The notes beneath the pieces are model-generated. The model saw nothing but the letters and a program-made list of their open reading frames with translations, was not told the DNA's origin and did not search any database. From Eledone cirrhosa (Eukaryota), in NCBI GenBank assembly GCA_964016885.1, contig OZ024741.1, positions 62,372,001-62,436,000 of the forward strand: a stretch of 64,000 nt of DNA, in the 5' to 3' direction. The stretch's first letter is position 1, and each line of letters begins with the position of its first letter. Shown one piece after another: positions 25,020 through 38,629 of the stretch. Position numbers and translations under genes: made by a program.

Positions 25020-28000
25020 CTGCAGCTTCACATATTTAGGACGTATCGGAGGGTCTTTACTGCTCCCAGTAGGCATGCCTTTTTGAAGTGATGCAAAAAA
25101 GGGGACTGGGCTGATGGTCTTTGGCCCGCCTTGAAATCTCTTCGAGAATGTACGAGTGCTCCTATGACGATGGGGACAAAATTGATCTCATGACAGTTCC
25201 AAATCGTTTTCAGTTCCCACTTTAGATCCTTTTACCGGTTTGTTTTCTACCTCTCCTTTTCTTGCACCCATGTGTCAAAGGGGCAAGCTACATCTATTAA
25301 CAAGCAATATCTTTTGTCATTGTCAAAAACCACCAGATCAGGCCTATTGTGTTTTAATTCTTTAACTGGTTGTATCCCCAAACCACACAACACCTTCACC
25401 TGGTCATTTTCTATCACCGATTTTGTCTTATACCACTTTACAGAGTGGGGTAAATCATCCGGTTTGCATAAATGCCAGTGGACCATTTTTCCTATGATAT
25501 CAGGCATCCATCCTTTATAATGAGTTTGGGTAAAGTGTTTACACGCGGATACGATGTGAGAAACAGTTCCCTCACTCTCTCTCATCACAATTCCTACTGA
25601 GTGTGCCAGCCTCCTCCTTGTCAATATGGTGTTTTATCCACTTCGTTCTAAAGACTTGCTCCTGTGAGGCTAGCATTATTCACTCTGTAGCTTTCCTAAT
25701 GTCCCCTTTTCTTAACCAGTATCATGTCTGCGGATCTTTGAATTCTGGTTTCTTCAAACAGACGCTATGTAAAGCTTTTTTCAGTCCGGTTGTTTTTCCT
25801 CTGTGTCATTACTTCTTTCTTGGATATCCCCTGGTCTACTGTCTCCTCTTTCAATACAGCCTTAAGCATTGGCTCATTACTCAATGACACATATTTATGT
25901 AAATAGCTCTTCTTCATATGAACACAGTCCTCCACACCTTCAGATCTCATACTGTAGCTATTCATAAATTTCCTTGTCTTTCTATCCAGTTCAATTTGCT
26001 CGTTTACATTCCATTTAAGAAGACCCGCACTGTACTAATAATTGTTTCTACTTTTGGCACTAGGCCAGCAATTATCCCAGTGTATTACTGGTACTTTATT
26101 TTATCGACCCTGTAAGGATGAAAGGCAGAGTTAACCTCGGCGGGATTTGAACTCAGATCATAAAGGGCGTCCGACTCTCTACCGATACTGCCAATCCGCA
26201 CTGTATTAATAATAGACACTCATTGGAAATGTGTTGCACTTGTGGCATTCCTTCTATTCAGATGTGATTTTAGTACACTCCTTACTCTCTTTATATATTT
26301 AGATCTTATCATCTCTTTCGATTTTTTGTCTTTGATGTTATCTGCCTCCAAAACACCCAAATATCTCTTCAGTGTCGATCTCCTTTATCACCCCACCCGT
26401 TGATATCTCACTTCCTTTGCTTCCCTTCAATTTACACCTTCTCATCTCTATAACACTTATTAATACCAAATTTCCTACAAATATCATTGCTGAAAATACG
26501 AACAGTGCATCTAACTCCTCATTCTTCCCGAAGAGTTTTACGTCATCCATGAATAGTGGTTGATGGTAAGCACTCCTCTCCCCAGTTCGTATCCAGCCCT
26601 CACCCATCGCAGTACCAGGGAAAAGGGCACAAGGTTAAGCACAAACAAGCACAAACAATAAATGAGACAGACTATATCCTTAGAAGATACCTCGCTTGAT
26701 TTCCGCTGATTCCACGGATCCTCTTAGTTCTTCATTAATAGAAGTCTGAGGTTGTCCGCCACCTTGAGGATTTCTAGGCATTTGGTTATCTAAGAATGAG
26801 GAACAATTTCGAATACTTTCTTGTAGTTTATTCATCCCAGTATGCCAGCTCTTGCAGTTCTTTATTATCTCCTTGTTAATAAATAACTGGTTCCTTGTAC
26901 CACGGGACGTCTTTCGGCATCCTTTTTTTCCTCCGACAATAAGTTGCTTATGTCGAGGTAGTGGTACATTTTCTCAGGAATAATGCCCGTTAGCAATTTC
27001 CTCATTAAAAATAGATATGTGATAGACCTGTAGTTGGTGACGTCATTCTCCTTAGTTGATCTTTCATTATTTGAACCGTGCACATTTTGTGCTGGCCTTG
27101 TGCCTTTTGTCTATACTGGTTAATTCTGCTTTCATGCCTTTTAATTTTTGCACTTTTAGCTATGACAGGTTGTTTTAGTTCCTCTATTACAACATTTAGT
27201 CCTTTCCCCTTGATGTGGCATTTCCTTGTCAATCTATCCTTTGTATCTAGATTATGAAATGGCCCGTTTAATAACGACTCGAGTTTCCCGATATCCCTTT
27301 TTATTTCTTTGATTTGACCATTCAACTGCTTCTTCCACCAAGAAATTTATTCACCATATTTGCAGCTGCTTTGAGGATGTTATTGCATTGGAAAAGATTC
27401 CTTTCCTCAATGTATTGGAGGATTTTGTTTACCTTAGCTGTCGTTTCTTTTAACATTTTTCTGTTTACACATCTTAGATTCATAGGTTTTCCACTATCAT
27501 TATTCATTTCATCCACCATTAAATTCAGAATATCAACAAAATCTTCCCCTAGCCCAACAACATTCATTTAGTCGGTGGTCGTATCTTTACTCCAGATGTT
27601 ATCTACCTCAACATTTAAATCATTGTCTTCTTCGGTTACTTCCTCAGGTCTCCGAACAACTTCACCCTCCTTTTCTACTGGCTCATTTGCCTGATCGACT
27701 CCGCTTTCCATTCCCAACCCAATCTCTCTACTCAGTTCTTCCAATTCCAACTCGCGTATTCATCCATTAGTTCTTATTTCACAAGCCTAACCTGTTAGTT
27801 TTTGTTCACTAAATCACAATAGAATATCATTCCAGATAATATTTCATTACAATGTTATTCAATTCTTTCGTCCAGATGGTTTTTGCTTCATTCCTTCGTC
27901 TTCCTCCAACAACAGCAGGAGTTGGATGACGACCGGGTCCTTGCTGCTGGACCAGTCGATTTAATCGACTTTCCATTGCTGGCCATGTGCCTAAATCAGA

Positions 28001-28025
28001 AACTATTATTTGATCTGGTCGGGAC
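25020..28025 (-). mobile_element. Degenerate R4/Dong-clade (RLE) non-LTR retrotransposon
   Basis: WTKELNNIVMKYY N-terminus, NYRSIT, LFMDDVKLF RT, TVSHIVSAC, HNRPDLVV..LIDVACP RLE; 5' end abuts (TATG)n. Confidence 0.88.
26040..26198 (-). mobile_element. Nin/Deu SINE inserted in the R4 element
   Basis: Flanked by a ~18 bp duplication, ccgcactgta(c/t)taataat. Confidence 0.85.
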
Positions 28026-28156
28026 ATACACACGTACATACATACATACAACATACATACATACAAATATAAATAAATACATACATGCATACATACATAC
28101 ATACATACATACATACATACATACATACATACATACATACATACATACATACATAC

Positions 28157-28331
28157 ATGGTGGCTGCCAACTCGTTTTCGAGTACGGCCACTACTTTATA
28201 TCCATGTAGGAGAACCCCTACTGATGCGCTGAACTAGTGTGACTTTTTAGTCCAGCTAGCGACTTGAAAACACATACATACATACATACATGGTGGCTGC
28301 CAACTCGTTTTAGAGTACGGCCACTACTTTA
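28157..28331 (-). repeat. Duplicated RTE-like 3' tail (~45 bp x2) ending in (TATG)n
   Basis: atggtggctgccaactcgttt..gagtacggccactacttta occurs twice; resembles 258-292. Confidence 0.6.
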
Positions 28332-28409
28332 AATTAGGCTGCTCAGCCGTTAATATGCATAAGCAAAGTATATACTTTCAGACGTTCAACCATCTGGCGG
28401 GAAGGTATA

Positions 28410-28450
28410 CGATGCTGACGATAGCTAATAAGCTTGAAACTAGTACATCG
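28410..28450 (+). ncRNA. Type I hammerhead ribozyme in a family B-related PLE terminus (28340-28722)
   Basis: cgatg-CUGACGA-t agct aata agct t-GAAA-ctag-UA-catcg; downstream tail resembles 11429-11495. Confidence 0.85.
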
Positions 28451-28717
28451 TTCCTGTGTCAGTGTTGAACAAAAATGTGACGTGGTTGGCTAAACACTGT
28501 ACGGCGTAATTCGAGGTGTTTGTTTGTTTACAAACAAACCGAGCATTATAATAAATGTTCGGTAAACCGATACATGCATGTATATATGTGTGCATGTATG
28601 TATATATATACATACGTCTGTATACATATATGTATGTACGTATACATATATACATACTTACATTTAAGTAACTGCCGTACTAAGAGTGAGAAATGAAATT
28701 TCGTTTCATTCTATTCC

Positions 28718-28788
<71 letters not shown>

Positions 28789-28994
28789 TGCACGTGTGTG
28801 TCTATATATATGTAAGGTAAATTTAATGTTGACAGATCGACAGTTTTCTAACTAGATGACTTCACTGTGAACACATTTTCATCTATTCGACTGTACAGAG
28901 AAAAAATGTAAGAGATTGACTCAATGCGTTTTTGAGTTTTGGTCTACACATCAGATGATAAGAATCGTTATGATACCTGACTAATCTTAGTCTA

Positions 28995-29272
28995 AAGACT
29001 CTCTTCAGTCAGAAGGCTCGATATGCCGGTGCTTATCCCGGTTCTATGGTGTGAAGTGACTGAGAGTACAAGACTTCCCTCTGGACAGGACGCCAGTCCA
29101 TCGCTGGGTTAAGGCCCCAACTATTGCTGGTACCCATTTTCAGCTGAGTATACTGGAGCAACGGGAAATTAGGTGTTTTGTTCAAGAACACAACACACAT
29201 CCCAGCTCAGGAATTGAACCCACGACATTATGATCGTAATTCCAACACCCTTACCAGTAGGCCACACACCAC
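28995..29272 (-). mobile_element. V/Meta-domain tRNA-derived SINE, full length
   Basis: TGGCCTACTGG A box, GGTTCAATTCC B box, GTTCTTGAACAAAACAC and GCGATGGACTGGCGTCCTGTCCAG domain. Confidence 0.8.
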
Positions 29273-29791
29273 CACAATGATATGATACCAGTAGAGAGAA
29301 ATACAGCACTATATATGTCAAAAGAATATAGAAAATACCTGAAAAAATCAGTCTAATCTGCATGATGTACAGACTTTTAAGAAGTAATTAAATAAAGAAT
29401 ATCTATGATAGAACACAGCATATATATGAATATTGAGGAAACATTTAGAGGGAAAGTTAAGTTATATGTCAATATATTTTTTTAATTAAAAGCCTTAGTT
29501 GTGAAAAGAATAACCTGTGAAGTGTCAATAATTTCAACTATTCTTCCGTGAAGAGAAAAATGTATGGGTATTTATATATATATATATATATATACGGTTG
29601 GGTGGTGAGTTTGTGTGATGACATAACCTAGAAGGTGGACGCGTGCCGAGGTGAAACATAATGACACTGACATACGTCGGAGGGCGAAGAATAGAAATAG
29701 GCAGATGACAGGAGTGTGTAAATGATTGTACATATGTATCAGCATTTGTGTGTGTGTGTGTGTATGTATATATATATATATTTTCCGGTTA

Positions 29792-29875
<84 letters not shown>

Positions 29876-30217
29876 GTATGTATGCAAGTATATGTGGGAG
29901 TTGGAGGAGGGCTGTTTGACACGTGCAGTAAGTAAACACTCTAGATGATCAACAGGTATTTGATAAAGTTAATTGTCAATGAGATATCATATCACCATGG
30001 AACAATACGTAAAGCAGATTCGACAGCTACAGCTATACACTCAAACATACTCTCTCTCTCACATACACACACAAACAAATACACATAGCCACACACCCAC
30101 AAATACACACCCACATTCACACACCAACACACACACTCGCATATACATACATATATTTCATTTTAATCATAGGGGAGCCCGGGGTCACAAACCCCCGCTG
30201 AAAACCCCCAAATATAA

Positions 30218-30291
<74 letters not shown>

Positions 30292-31108
30292 GTGAGAGGT
30301 TTTTACAAAATGTAAAATAACCGAGGTGTCCTACACGAGTGAAAGTATAAGGAAAAAAGATGAAATCGAAAATGTAACTGGAGTCTTTTTTTTTTTAAAT
30401 ATATATATTTATTCATTTAGCTATTTAGAGTATTTTGTGCCAAACAAAAGATAATGGTCAAGAAAAAAGGGATGGAGAGAGTTGTTCTGAGTATGACTGA
30501 TGTGCTGAAATGTAATTTCATTGGTTATAAATGAAATTATGACTGTCACGTGAACAAGTTCATTAAATTTCGCGCCCGTATTTGGGAATTTATTTTGTAG
30601 CCTTTTAGAGAATTCTGTGCCAAACAAAAGATAATGGTCAAGAGAAATGAGATGGGGAGAATTGTTCTGGTTCAGTGAATATGGCTGGTACGCTGGGGTG
30701 TCAGAATTCAGACTTTCTATTGAAATAAAGAAAGTAGAGATATGTATGTTTATTTGTGTGCTTGTGTGTGTGTGTGTGTGTGTGTAGGAAGATGATTATA
30801 TTAGTAGGAATGGACGAGGGAGTTGTGTGTGTGTGTATGGGTGTTATGTGTGTGTGGGAGTATGGTTAGCATGTTAAGATGGAGAGAATATATATTAGTG
30901 TGTGTGTGTGTAGGAAAATGATTCCGTTAGTAGAAATGGGGGAGAGAGTTATGTGTGTGTGTGGGGGGGGGGGGTAGCATGTTAAGGTGTTAGAGTATTA
31001 ACGTATGTTAAGGTTTATTTAGTTGTTGTTTTTATTTTCTAAAGTAGAAGGTGTTATGTCTGTGTGTGTTTGGAAGGTTAGCATGTTATGGTGTTGACAT
31101 AATGTATA

Positions 31109-33730
31109 TTAAACTATATTTAATGCTGGTCTATATTTTTGAATAAACATATTTTCCTTATTTATTCGTATTTGTTCTGTTGTGTTGTCAGCACAAAGAT
31201 AAAATGGGAAGACTTGGAATTTGGGTGTCTTATTACTTGCGCATATGTCTAGATGTGCACTTAGTGGTATCTGCCTCGTGGTTGGATCTCGTAATTGTTG
31301 GCGATGAACTGTCATTCTGTTTCTGAGTGTGAGTTTAGTTTGTCCTATATAATCTTCATTGCATCCTTTACATTTAATGGCATAAATTAGACTTTTTGAT
31401 GAGCAAGTGAAGTGATTTTTTACAGCAAAATTTTGTCCTGATTGAAATATATACGTGTTGCCTTCAATGAGGTGAGTGCAGGTTCCACAATTAGAGCGAC
31501 CACATCTTTTGACAGTTGGTTGTAGGTTTGTGGTAGATAATTTGGCATTGGTGAGTAATGCTTTTAGTGATTTCGGCTGTCTTTTGCTTTTGATTATTTT
31601 GTGTTTCAAGGGCTTTTTTCATTCTTGGGTCTTGTTTCAATAGTGGGATGTTCTTGTGAATAGTGTTATAAGCTTCCGAATGTCTTGGGTTGTGTGTTGA
31701 GATATATGATAGAATATTGGACGTACCTTGAATTTGTTTCTGTTTTCGTAATTCATCAATGCCTATTGATTTAGTCCTTTCTATTCCATTATTTATTAGT
31801 AATGGTGGGTACTGTCTTTCGAGTAGAATTTCCTTTAATTCTTGAAGTATTTTATTTCGCGTTTCATAATTGGAAACAATTGTGCAAATTCTTCTTGCTA
31901 GGTTAAAAAGGATGTTCGTCTTCGTGTGCTTTGGATGGTTGGTTGTGAAGAGCAGGTATTGTTTGGAATCCGATGGTTTGTAGGGTATGTCAGTTTCAAT
32001 ATTTGTGTCTTTTTTTAAGATTAAGATGTCCAGAAATGGGAGTTGATCTTAGCTGTATTCCATTGTGAATTGGATGTGGTTATTGATGCCGTTAATTAAA
32101 TTTTTGAAATCAGTTAGTTGATCGAGTGTGTGAGACCAAAGAATGAGACAATCATCCAAGTAGAGTTGCCAATTCTCTGATAAATATGTGTGGAAGTTCA
32201 ATCCGTATTTTGATTTGGACTGTTCATATATCTGGACTTCCAAGTATGCCATGAGTAAGTTGGCATAAGTTGGAGCGGCTTTTGTACCCATCGCAGTCCC
32301 CGATATTTGCTTGTAAGTACTGCCATCGAAATCAAAAAAGTTATTCTGTAAAATAAATTTTAATCCCTCGGTGATGAAGCTTTTTTCTATTCTGTCAGGT
32401 ATCTCATTGGGATATTTCTCTAGCCTGAATCCTATTGCTTCTAGTCCGTATTGGTGTGGGATCGTTGTGTAGAGATTGACTACATCGAAAGACACAATAA
32501 TAGTGTCGTTGTTGACATGTTTGGGGGGGGGGTTTAAGAGGTCCAGATCGTCTCTTACAGGGCTTGGTATCTGTTTGAGAATTGGTTTTAATAGTATGTC
32601 TATAAAGTTGCTTAGTCTGTGTGTTTCACATTGTGGGCCCGCTATAATTGGTCTTAATTTAAGGTCTGTGGTGTATTGTGTGTTCACGCAAGTTGAGGTG
32701 GATTGTTTACAGGCATCGTTCATTATTTTACACTTGTGGATCTTCGGAAGTTCGTAAAGGTTGCTGGTTTTGTATTCAAAATGTGTTAAATAATCGCGTT
32801 CCTTTTTAGTTAAGTCTTCCTGGTATCGACAAATGAATGTGTTTAATCTGGTCATCGTTTTTGATTGCTGGTAGTTTTTTACTCTTTCATAGTAGTTAGT
32901 ATTTTGTAAGAGAGAGAACATAGAATTTTTATATTGTTCAGTATCCATAATGACGACAGTACTTCCCTTGTCCGCTTCCTTAATTATAATGTCCGTATTG
33001 TTTTTTAGTTCATGGATAATCTCCCATTCCCTTCGACTCGTGTTGGGTTTGGGTTTAGGTTGCGGTAGTTCATGGTATGGGAAAGTTGCTATGTGGTCAC
33101 AAAATGTGTCCAGAACTCTGTTTCTACCTTTTGTTGGGTTGTAGCTGCTTTTATTCCGTACAATTGATTGGTCGTTATTCTCCTTGTCAAAAAGTTCCTC
33201 TGTGAGACGTAATATTCTACAGAAGTGTGAGATATCGTCATTTATCTCATTGAGGTTAGAGTATTGTGGTGTTGGTGTGAATTTCAGTCCTTTGAAGAGA
33301 ATTTTAATTTGTTTGGCTGGGGAGTTTGTATTGGAAAGGTTGATTATTTCGGTTTTTCAAAATCGGTTTGTGCCACCGAGTGTCGTGGGTCCTGTAGCCT
33401 TGGTCTAAAAAATAATTTTTCTGAATTGTTTTTTTATGGGTATTATTATATCTAATGGCATTTCCCCTGTTGTTGCCTGGTCTTGTATAGAAGTTTCGGA
33501 CGTATTGAGGTTCGGTTTCTTGATAGTCCGGGTTGTAGATTTTATTCCTTTGTGTGGGTTGGGATCTACGATTTGGGAACAGCTTCTGTGTGGGTTGGGG
33601 GTCTACGGTTTGGGAATAGGTTTTGTGTGGGTTGTGATCTGCGGATCGGGTCCTGTCTTGTGTTGGGGGATCTTCGGTTTTTGTTAGTAGGGTTATAGTT
33701 TTGTCTATGGGTACTGGGATTATCATAGAC
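31109..33730 (-). pseudogene. PLE RT/GIY-YIG polyprotein, few disruptions
   Basis: INLS..KGLKFTP, IKEADKG, FDVVNLYTTIP, GTAMGTKAAPTYANL, YLDD, PFLD, CGRSNCGTC, LIYAIKC..C..YIGQT; TAA stop at 32049 and frameshifts. Confidence 0.93.
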
Positions 33731-34434
33731 AAAATATATATATTCTCTCCATCTTAACATGCTAACCATACTCCCACACACACACACAACTCCCTCCTCC
33801 ATTCCTACTAATAGAATCATCTTCCTACAAACACACACAAACACACAAATAAACATACATATCTCTACTTTCTTTATTTCAGTAGAAAGTCTGAATTCTG
33901 ACACCCCAACGCACCAGCCATATTCACTGAACAAGAACAATTCTCCCCATCCCTTTGTTCTTGACCATTATCTTTTGTTTGGCACAAAATTCTCTAAATG
34001 GCTATGAAAAAAATTCCAAAATACGGGCGCTATATTTAATGTACTTGTTCACGTGACAGTCATAATTTCATTTATGACCAATCAAATTACATTTATTTAA
34101 AAAAAGCCTTCGTGAGCCACTTTTTTTAAGTAAAAAGAAATTCAAACACAAACTGGCGCGAAAGCTGATGTGTTTATTCACGTGATTGCATCAACCAGCC
34201 AAACTTCACTCATATATGAAAAAATAACCTGAGCCCCCCCCCCCCCCCTTTTTTTTCTTTGAAGAACTTTGTAACGGGAACTGGCGCGAAATTTATTATA
34301 CTTATTTCACCAACCAATCAAATTACTTCTCTAAAAACCTGGCATTTCAAGCCACTTTTTTTCCATATAAAACAAGTAACATTCAAAGACCAACCAGATG
34401 TGAGAAAAACCACAGACCCTCCATCTCAACTCTA

Positions 34435-34470
34435 CTTTTGAAAAGCAGAAGAACTGCGAAACCGGTAAAG
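34435..34470 (+). ncRNA. Type I hammerhead, U3:A8 variant
   Basis: ctt-UUGAAAA-gcag aagaa ctgc-GAAA-ccgg-UA-aag; same motif at 10662-10697 (-). Confidence 0.75.
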
Positions 34471-34549
34471 GAACCAAATAAATATATATATTTAAAAAAA
34501 AAAAGACTCCAGTTGCATTTTCGACTTCATCTTTTTTCCTGATATATAT

Positions 34550-34980
34550 ACTAGCCAAATTACCCGCGCCTTGCTGCGTTTTACACATTTTTTCGTAAGA
34601 AAATGATGATTGATTTTAAATCACTGATATAATTTATGGAGAAAAACTCTGCATTTCAATATTACTCAATGTAAAATGTAATGCATGAAAAATTGGAAAA
34701 CATTATTTTTTATAATATATCAAATTAAAATTACGTTATTAAATCTTATTCTTATTTTGTCTCTTGTAAATTATTTTTTTCAAAATATCAAAACTTTTCT
34801 TGTCATTTATCTATGTTTTAAATTTCATATAAATCGAAGGGAAAACTTTTTCAGCGAGGTTTGTGCCTCCGGGGAACCCTAATGGGGGGGGGGGGTTAAC
34901 CCCCCATTAGGGTGTCTTAATATTATTGAAATTTGCTGAAATTTTGTGACGGCGGGGGTTTTACATAAAATCTTTAACAA
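34550..34980 (-). mobile_element. Probable non-autonomous Helitron-like element
   Basis: Begins ACTAGCCAAATTACCCGCGCCTTGCTGCG (CTAG 3' end with GC hairpin on the minus strand); second copy at 37251; internal GC hairpin. Confidence 0.55.
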
Positions 34981-35124
34981 TGATAAATAACAATAAATTA
35001 TATAAAAATAAAATAGATAAAAAGATAGATAGATAGATAAACATATGTATGTATTTATTTATGTATGTGTATGTGTATGTATGCATTATATCTTTCTATT
35101 TTTCTATCTCTCCATCTCCATCCC

Positions 35125-35207
<83 letters not shown>

Positions 35208-35718
35208 ATATATATATATATATATTATATGTGTATGTGTGTGTGTGCAAATATATATATAGAGAGAGAGAGAGTGTGAGATGGATAGATAGATAAATAG
35301 AAAGATAGAATAGATACATACATAAACATATACATATGTCTATCTATCTAGCTAGCTAGCTAATTGTCTATGTATCCATCTCAATTTCTTATTTGGACAG
35401 TAATTCCTTTGCTGTAAATTATATCAATAGCATACAACCACCACCAATTTTTACAACAGAAAACAATTACAGCTGCAATAGAGAACAATTGCAGCTGCTG
35501 CACAATTTGTTGCAATAAAATAAATGAAAATTTCAAATGAATATTTCAAATAAATAACAACCGCAACAGGAACATGTTCAACAACAACAACAGATCGTGC
35601 ATAAGTGCTGGTTTTGATAGCTCATGAAACCTTAGGTTACAAATGGAATATACTACATGGTAAATAAACATTAGTTCTATTTAAATATAGAGCACTCTTC
35701 ATTCCTATTGGTATTTCG

Positions 35719-35786
<68 letters not shown>

Positions 35787-36085
35787 ACACACACACATAT
35801 ATATCAATATATTTATATATATATATGTAACTATGTATGTATGTATGTATATGTATAATTATGAACACCCACACACTTATTTACAACTATCTATCTATCT
35901 ATCTCTCTCTCTATAGATAGATTTATATATATATATAGAGAGAAAGAAGGGGGATTGAGAAAGAGATAAAGGGAAAGAGAGAAAGGAGAAAGAGAGGCGG
36001 GGGGAGAGAGATCAATGTTCAGAGATCAATTACAAGGATTATTATGTTAACGCCAAAATGAAATGGAAAAGATGTCTCCATCGCG

Positions 36086-36170
<85 letters not shown>

Positions 36171-36177
36171 TATATAT

Positions 36178-37243
36178 GTAGGAGGTGAGTTTTATTGTAG
36201 CACAATAAAGCAATGCAAATATCGGATAAGTAGCACTCTACAGTTTGTAGGACTGGAGTATAAATAATATAAGATCAAAAGATGGTTAAAAGAGTTCCAA
36301 GTATTTTATTATGCGCATTTCAAAAACAAATATCATCATGAGATGATATTTGCGTTTTCATCAGATAAAATAGGGATACATGATATGAAGGTTAAAAAAC
36401 ACTTGTGAATAGTGAAGTTTTAAATCAACATATGAAAAATAATTTAAGATTGATGTGTGATATTGGGAAAAAGTGAGGGGGTGGGGGTGGAAAGGGTAAG
36501 AAAGAGGAGGAGATGAGAGTAGAGAATGGTGGGGGGAGGAGTATAAGAAGGAAGGATGAGAGAGGAGGAGAGATGGGTGATAGAGAGAGAGATAGCCTTT
36601 ACAACTGAGAAAAATATATATTGTCTCACAGTTGGAAGATAATAGATAATTTTAAAGAATTTGAAATTAAAAGTTGATGAGGAGAAAAAGGGGTTAAGAA
36701 TAATATTAAATTAAGGTTTGTATATACAATTTCTTTTACTCGCACATATTATTAAACCCTTCAATATACAAACCTTAATTTAATATTATTCTTAACCTCT
36801 TTTTCTCCTCATCAACTTTTAATTTCAAATTCCTTTAAATTATCTATTATCTTCCAACGGCTTTTTAACTTCTCTCTGTGAGACAATATATATTTTTCTC
36901 AGTTGTAAAGGCTATCTCTCTCTCTCTATCACCCATCTCTCATCCTCTCTCATCCTTCCTTCTTATACTCCTCCCCCCCCCCACCATTCTCTACTCTCAT
37001 CTCCTCCTCTTTCTTACCCTTTCCAACCCCCTCTCATTTTTTTCCCAATATCACACATCAATCTTAAATTATTTTTCATATGTTGATTTCAAACTTCACT
37101 ATTCACAAGTGCTTTTTAACCTTCATATCATGTATCCCTATTTTATCTGATGAAAACGCAGATATCATCTCATAATGATATTTGTTTTTGAAATGCGCAT
37201 AATAAAATACTTGGAACTCTTTTAACCATCTTTTGATCTTATA
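36178..37243 (-). mobile_element. Fold-back PLE-terminus element, family F, ~460-480 bp arms
   Basis: 36268-36725 / 36764-37243 inverted, ~90 nt tail at left, (TA)n flanks, hammerhead in each arm. Confidence 0.88.
37140..37208 (+). ncRNA. Type I hammerhead with long stem II
   Basis: attttat-CUGAUGA-long hairpin-GAAA-tgcgca-UA-ataaaat; inverted copy at 36303-36371. Confidence 0.85.
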
Positions 37244-37250
37244 TATATAT

Positions 37251-37905
37251 TAGCCGAATTACCCGCGCCTTGTTTTTGTAAGAAAATGATGATTGAAAAT
37301 TTATGGAGAAAAACTCTGCATTTTAATATTACTCAATGTAAAATGTAATGCTTGGAAAATTGGAAAACATAATTTTTTGTAATATATAAAATCAAAATTA
37401 CATTATTAAATCTAATTCTTATTTTGTTTCTTGTAAATAATTTTTTTTAAAATATCAATTGAAAACATTTGTGAATAGGCATCATATCTTGTAATTTTTC
37501 TATGGTTTAAATTTCATATAAATCGAAGTGAAAAAAATGTTCAGCGGGGGTTTGTGCCTCCGGGGAACCCTAATAGGGGGTTTAACCCCCATTAGGGTGT
37601 CTTAATATTATTGAAATTTGCTGAATTTTTGTGAATAGGCATCATATCTTGTCATTTACCTAAGGTTTAAATCTCATAAATCGAAGGGAAAACCTTTTCA
37701 GCGGGGGTTTTCAGCGAGAGTTTGTGCTCCCGGCGAACCCTTTGATTAAAATGAAATATACTTATCCAAGTAGCCTAGACAATGTAGTTTCAGAATATAT
37801 ATATGTAGTTTCAGAATATATATATATATATATCTCCAAAACCATAGGAGTAGTTTGTAAACAAACAAACAAACGAACAAACAAACACAGACAGTAAGCC
37901 TTTAT
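37251..37905 (-). mobile_element. Probable Helitron-like element, copy 2
   Basis: Similar to 34550-34980, with internal tandem subrepeats and an (ACAA)n tract near the other end; fragment also at 30155-30215. Confidence 0.55.
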
Positions 37906-38194
37906 CTTTTCGCAAGAAATAGCTTCCAAACTTCCTTACATCTCATTCCACTCTCTGTAAAAAATAAAGGCCGCGCGCCTGTTAATGAAGTTACCCATTA
38001 ATAGTGTGTCGGATGACTGCGTTTGATCATATGATTGCTCGATCAGGGCGGGCCTGGAAAAAACAATAATTATTACAACACACATATGCGCACAAAGGAA
38101 CCGATCGTCAGATTGGACCAAAGAAACAATCTCCCTCTTGGTCATTTTATTGCGGGTACAATCTGCCTGTCGCAACACCTGACAAAGAGTAGCG

Positions 38195-38295
38195 TCAAAT
38201 AAAGTATCATGCTCAAGATTGTAACGCACACCCCGGTCCAGAAATCGAATCCACGACACCACGATCGGGAGTCTAACACCCTAATTACTGAGTTA
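38195..38295 (-). mobile_element. Degenerate tRNA-SINE head
   Basis: GGATTCGATTTCTGGACCGGG..TCTTGAGCATGATACTT. Confidence 0.6.
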
Positions 38296-38629
38296 CGTAC
38301 CTTTACAATAACATAATTAGCTATTACTTCTAGCTGGACGAACAACCCGGCAAATGCTAGCTGCCTGTTGTTCTTGTTTACCACTATGGTCATATGCATT
38401 ACAGCCCTGGTCATACCAAAGAGTCCTAGGCGAGATTATGTAAGGTGGCGTGGGAATTTGAAGTAGATCTGTCTGCTATTTCTAGTAACTCAAACAGCCA
38501 GGAAAAGCATCCTTTGTTGCCTTGTTACCCAATGGTAGTGGTAGCTGTGGTGATTATAATGGTTTTGCCTGTGGTTGGGGTGGTGCTAGTGGTTGTGTTG
38601 GCTCTGGAGGTAGTTTTCGTTGTGTTGAT

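Larger units (their letters stand above)
30284..34540 (-). mobile_element. Penelope-like element with inverted 5' copy of its 3' UTR
   Basis: RT + GIY-YIG coding region 31109-33730; 33733-34540 is an inverted copy of the 3' UTR lacking the ~65 nt tail; (TA)n on both sides. Confidence 0.93.

Noticed and set aside
31609-32051. Possible selenocysteine read-through in PLE ORFs (known for Naiad PLEs)
   Set aside because: The in-frame stops seen are TAA (32049) and TAG (~16277), not TGA; no SECIS recognised.
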